Shown: one piece after another, positions 7,140 to 10,373 of the stretch | Layout: the number at the start of each line of letters is the position of its first letter | Position numbering within the stretch: position 1 is the stretch's first letter | Assembly (NCBI GenBank): GCA_003133025.1 | Contig: PKZK01000090.1 | Location: 1 to 10,373 of the forward strand | Source: Vulcanimicrobiota bacterium | Lineage (GTDB): Bacteria; Vulcanimicrobiota; Vulcanimicrobiia; Vulcanimicrobiales; Vulcanimicrobiaceae | Direction of reading: 5' to 3' | DNA: 10,373 nucleotides | The notes under the pieces: generated by a model | Database searches by the model: none | Seen by the model: only the letters and a program-made list of their open reading frames with translations | What the model was told of the DNA's origin: nothing | Position numbers and translations under genes: made by a program

Positions 7140-7153
7140 AACTCCCGTTTTAG
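7136..7153. repeat. 7-bp inverted repeat CTAAAAC-TCCC-GTTTTAG containing both convergent TAA stop codons
   Basis: Read directly from the sequence. It is AT-rich in a very GC-rich context, and the stem is too weak for a canonical intrinsic terminator. Confidence 0.5.
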
Positions 7154-9303
7154 AGCGCGCGTCGCGCGGCGAGCACGACGACGGGCAGCTCGCCGGCGAG
7201 GCCGCGGAGTTCTTCGGCTGCGAGCGCGACGACCTGGCCCGGTTCGGCGAGCGTGCCCAAATCCGCGACGCGGTTCGCGTAGATCAGCGATATCTCGGGC
7301 AGCGCCCGCCCGACGTCGCCGAACGTCGTCGCGTCGTCGAGTATCCGCTCGAGCGCGGAGGTTGCCCGCGCTACGGTAGTGCTAGCGACCAGTGCGTCAC
7401 GAACCGTCGCGCGCACCACGCCCCGCGCGTCGACGACGCACGCATCGTTCGAGCCGGTACGTCGCGCGGACACGAAAACGTCGAGGTCGCCGGTCGTTGC
7501 AAAGGCACGCAGCGTCGCCGCTTCGACGCGGAGCGACCGCGCGGCGCGCAGGCGACGCTCGTCCGCGCCGGCGCGTTCGGCCACGTCGCCCGAGGCTGCG
7601 GCCGCGGTCGCGCCCGACGCAGTGGCGCGTACGAGATTGCGCCGGGCGTCGATCTCGACGACGCTCTCCACGAACTCGCGCGCCGCGCCCGCCGCCACCA
7701 CGCGTTCGATCGCCTCGCGACGCACGCGCACCACGTCGTCGGGCGACGGATTCACGATCGTACGCTCGACCACGTCGCGCACGAGCGCGAGCGCGACGCC
7801 GAGGGGCGAGATCACGTCCGCATCGCGGGCTAAGCGATGCGCGAGCCCGAGCGCTTCGCCTGCGAAGGGCACGAGCGCCGCCGCGCCGCCGCCGCCCCCG
7901 ACGAGTTCCAGCGTGCGCCGGTCGAGCCCGTAATCGTCGACGAGTTCGTCGATCGTCGCGCGCAGCTTCGCCGTTGCACGCTCGAGCACGCTGCGCGCCA
8001 ACGCCTCCGCCGTGCAGCCCACTTCCGCGCCGGCCAGTGCGAACGCCGCGCGAGCGCTTTCGGGATCGCCGCGAGCGAACGCCTCCGCGGGCACGTAGCC
8101 GAGCAGATTTGCCGCACAAGTCGGCGTGGGCGCGCAGCGGCTGCCGTCGCGTAATTCGAGCGCCACGTAGTCGGCGGGATCGCCGGGGCGCGGGCTCACG
8201 AAGATCGCGGTCGCGGCGCGCAATGCGTCCAGTGGCGTGAACGCAGCATACGCCAAGCCCGCGATGTGCGCCGAACGCGGGCCTACGTCGCGCAGCGCAG
8301 CCGGGCCGCGGGCATTGCGATCGAGGCGCACGAGCGAACCGCCCGCGATCGCGAGCGTGCGCACGTCGAGCGTACGCAGCATCGTGCGATGGCCGCCGAC
8401 GCGTGCCGGACGCATTTGGGGTAAGCCGCGCCTGATCACCGAACAATCCGCGCTCGTGCCGCCGACCTCGATGAAGATGCCGTCGCTCACGTTCTCGTGC
8501 AGCAGCGCGCCCGCCACGCCCGCGGCGGGGCCCGAGAGCATCGTGAGGATCGGGCGGCGCGCGACCTCGCGCACGTCCATCACGCCGCCGTCGCTGCGCA
8601 TGATCATCAACGGCACGCCGATGCCCGCGCGCTCCACCGCCCGCGACGTCGACTCCGCGGTGCGCATCATCGTGGGCAAGATCGCCGCGTTGAGCGCGGC
8701 CGTGCGCGTGCGCGCACGCAGGCCGTACAGCTGCGAGACCTCGTGGCCCGCGGTTGCAAAAAAGCCCGCGTCGCGCGCACGCGCGGTCGCACGCCGCTCG
8801 GCGCGCGGATCGTCGACGGCGAACGCTTCGCTGACCGCGACGGCGTCGATGCCCTGCGCGCGCAGCGCCGCGAGCGCGGTCGCGAGCGAACCATCGTCGC
8901 CGATGCGCGCGTGCACGCAAACCGGCGCGAAGCGCGCGTCGGCGCCGAGCGGGATGGGCGGCACGCGCACGTGTCGCCGGCCCAGCGGATCGAACGCGCC
9001 GTGCAAGCCCAGGATGCCCACCTTCGCGACGTCGCCTTCGAGCAATGCATTCGTGGCTTGGGTGGTGGAGTGCGCGATGAAGGCGATCTCGTCGGGGCGC
9101 ACGTCGGCTTGCGCGAGCAGCGCGGTCAAGCCGGCGACGATGCCTTGCGCGACACCCTCCGGGGCGCGATGGGTCGTGGGCGTTTTGATGCGCGCGACGA
9201 TGCGCCGCGTCGTCGCATCGACCGCGACGACGTCGGTGAACGTGCCGCCCACGTCGATGCCGATGCGCAGTTTGCGCGGCGCGCGCGCGTCAGGGCCGGG
9301 CAT
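7150..9303 (-). CDS. Hydantoinase A / 5-oxoprolinase family ATP-binding protein
   Basis: From the ATG at 9303, 717 aa. Motifs RIGIDVGGTFTD, KTPTT, HSTTQATNALLE, GHEVS, RTRTAALNAAILP, IMRSDGG, LSGPAAGVAGA, EVGGTSAD, GPRSA and GGGGGA. Overlaps the upstream gene end by 14 bp. Confidence 0.9.
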   Translation of the reverse strand: MPGPDARAPRKLRIGIDVGGTFTDVVAVDATTRRIVARIKTPTTHRAPEGVAQGIVAGLTALLAQADVRPDEIAFIAHSTTQATNALLEGDVAKVGILGLHGAFDPLGRRHVRVPPIPLGADARFAPVCVHARIGDDGSLATALAALRAQGIDAVAVSEAFAVDDPRAERRATARARDAGFFATAGHEVSQLYGLRARTRTAALNAAILPTMMRTAESTSRAVERAGIGVPLMIMRSDGGVMDVREVARRPILTMLSGPAAGVAGALLHENVSDGIFIEVGGTSADCSVIRRGLPQMRPARVGGHRTMLRTLDVRTLAIAGGSLVRLDRNARGPAALRDVGPRSAHIAGLAYAAFTPLDALRAATAIFVSPRPGDPADYVALELRDGSRCAPTPTCAANLLGYVPAEAFARGDPESARAAFALAGAEVGCTAEALARSVLERATAKLRATIDELVDDYGLDRRTLELVGGGGGAAALVPFAGEALGLAHRLARDADVISPLGVALALVRDVVERTIVNPSPDDVVRVRREAIERVVAAGAAREFVESVVEIDARRNLVRATASGATAAAASGDVAERAGADERRLRAARSLRVEAATLRAFATTGDLDVFVSARRTGSNDACVVDARGVVRATVRDALVASTTVARATSALERILDDATTFGDVGRALPEISLIYANRVADLGTLAEPGQVVALAAEELRGLAGELPVVVLAARRAL

Positions 9304-10373
9304 AGGCCTGCCCGAGCGCGATCGACTTCTTCTCGGTGCCCCGGCGTATGTCGAAGGTGTGCGGCTTGCCGTCGTAGGCGCGCTGCTGCGTTTGATACGT
9401 GCCGTACTCCCACCAAAACTTGCCGTCGAGCTTCTCGACGATGTCGTTGGTGCGCAAACCGGCGGCGTAGGCCGGGCCGCCGGGACGCACGAACGCGCGC
9501 ATCTGCCCGTCGACCGTCTTGAAGAGCGTGTAGAAATACGTCGGCTTCTGCGCATTCGTATACGCGAGGCCCGTATCGAAGAGCGCGGCCGAGAGTTTGG
9601 GATGATCGACCATCCAGGTGCGCAGCCGGAAGAGTACCGCCAACGCCTGTTTTTGGTAGGCGGCGTCACTCCCGCCGGGGCGCGGATCGTTTGCGACCTC
9701 GTGCCATTGATCCACGGGCCAGCCGGCGCAATCGCGCAACTCGAGTCCGGTATCCATGCCGTCGGGCGTGCCCGGCTTGCCGAAAAACTGCACCGTGACG
9801 AGCACCAGCGCGGCGTACGGCGTCTCGGCGCAACCCGTCGACTCGGGCATTGCCTCGAGCCGCAGTGCGCGGAAGCCGGGCCAGCCGCGGCCGATTTGTC
9901 GCGCGATCTCATCGGCTGCGACGGCGGATTCGGCGTTCGCCGCGGGCACGATCGCGATCGTCCGTGCCGCCGATTCGGGCGCGAGCAAACCGGGCGGCGC
10001 TTCGGGCTGATCCAGCGTCGCCGCCGATGCGCGACCGATGGCGGCGAACGACGGCGCGCCGAGAAGCGGCGTGCCGAAGAGCGCCACGAGCACGACCGCC
10101 GCCGTCGCCACCGCGACTTGGAAGGGCAACGTCAACTTGGTGATCTCTTCCACGCGCACGCCGGTGAAGTTGGCCACCCAAACGTTTTGCGTGTTGGTCG
10201 GATCGCAGACGTTCTGCACTTGCACCACGGCCATGATCGCGGCCACGAGCACGACCGCCGGCATCACGCCGAGCCCCGCGAGCACGGTGTACACGGCGAT
10301 GCCCACGCCGAACGGATTGAGCGGCCCGCGGTAGAGCGCGAGCGGGCTGAGCAGACCGAACAGCACGATGTAG
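9290..10373 (-). CDS. Membrane protein (5'-truncated): transporter-like TM region + soluble domain + C-terminal PDZ-like domain
   Basis: The frame is open to the right edge (TAC ATC GTG CTG...). Hydrophobic helices with LYRGPLN and CDPTNTQNVW resemble the re-entrant hairpin region of ion-transporter (IT) superfamily permeases (CitMHS/GntP/DASS-like). The C-terminal FVRPGGPAYAAGLRTNDIVEKLDGK...FDIRRG matches the PDZ pattern V.pgspA..aGl..gD.i..idG. Confidence 0.75.
   Translation of the reverse strand, partial: YIVLFGLLSPLALYRGPLNPFGVGIAVYTVLAGLGVMPAVVLVAAIMAVVQVQNVCDPTNTQNVWVANFTGVRVEEITKLTLPFQVAVATAAVVLVALFGTPLLGAPSFAAIGRASAATLDQPEAPPGLLAPESAARTIAIVPAANAESAVAADEIARQIGRGWPGFRALRLEAMPESTGCAETPYAALVLVTVQFFGKPGTPDGMDTGLELRDCAGWPVDQWHEVANDPRPGGSDAAYQKQALAVLFRLRTWMVDHPKLSAALFDTGLAYTNAQKPTYFYTLFKTVDGQMRAFVRPGGPAYAAGLRTNDIVEKLDGKFWWEYGTYQTQQRAYDGKPHTFDIRRGTEKKSIALGQAYARP

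Noticed and set aside
9304..9912. 203-aa N-terminal extension of the hydantoinase in the ORF track, or a frameshift fusion with the permease gene
   Set aside because: The extension is low-complexity Arg/Ser-rich sequence overlapping the PDZ-coding frame. Family similarity begins just after the ATG at 9303, and I saw no slippery sequence at the junction.
1..10373. CRISPR arrays, tRNA/rRNA, riboswitches, IS elements or tandem repeats
   Set aside because: I saw no regularly spaced repeats, RNA-gene signatures or transposase motifs. The GCGCGC runs reflect Ala/Arg codons, and the largest non-coding gap is only 128 bp.

Overview
GC-rich bacterial chromosomal window, almost all coding and mostly on the minus strand. 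Reading the minus strand from the right edge, the genes are: (1) a 5'-truncated membrane protein, with a transporter-like region fused to a soluble domain and a C-terminal PDZ-like domain; (2) an overlapping hydantoinase A/oxoprolinase-family ATPase with no B subunit in the window; (3) one plus-strand, lower-GC ferritin-like diiron protein that interrupts the run; (4) a tightly coupled five-gene block of ArnT/PMT-like GT-C glycosyltransferase, FAD-dependent oxidoreductase, 111-aa HExxH protein, BadF-type sugar kinase (probable CTG start) and nanE; (5) after a 128-bp spacer, a caa3-type cytochrome c oxidase operon, with coxB fused to cytochrome c followed by the 5' end of coxA. I found no RNA genes, CRISPR arrays or mobile elements. 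The best candidate for an undescribed system is the transporter-PDZ / orphan hydantoinase A / FAD oxidoreductase / HExxH / kinase / NanE cluster, which looks like a non-canonical amino-sugar uptake and conversion pathway. All family calls come from recognising motifs by eye; no searches were run.
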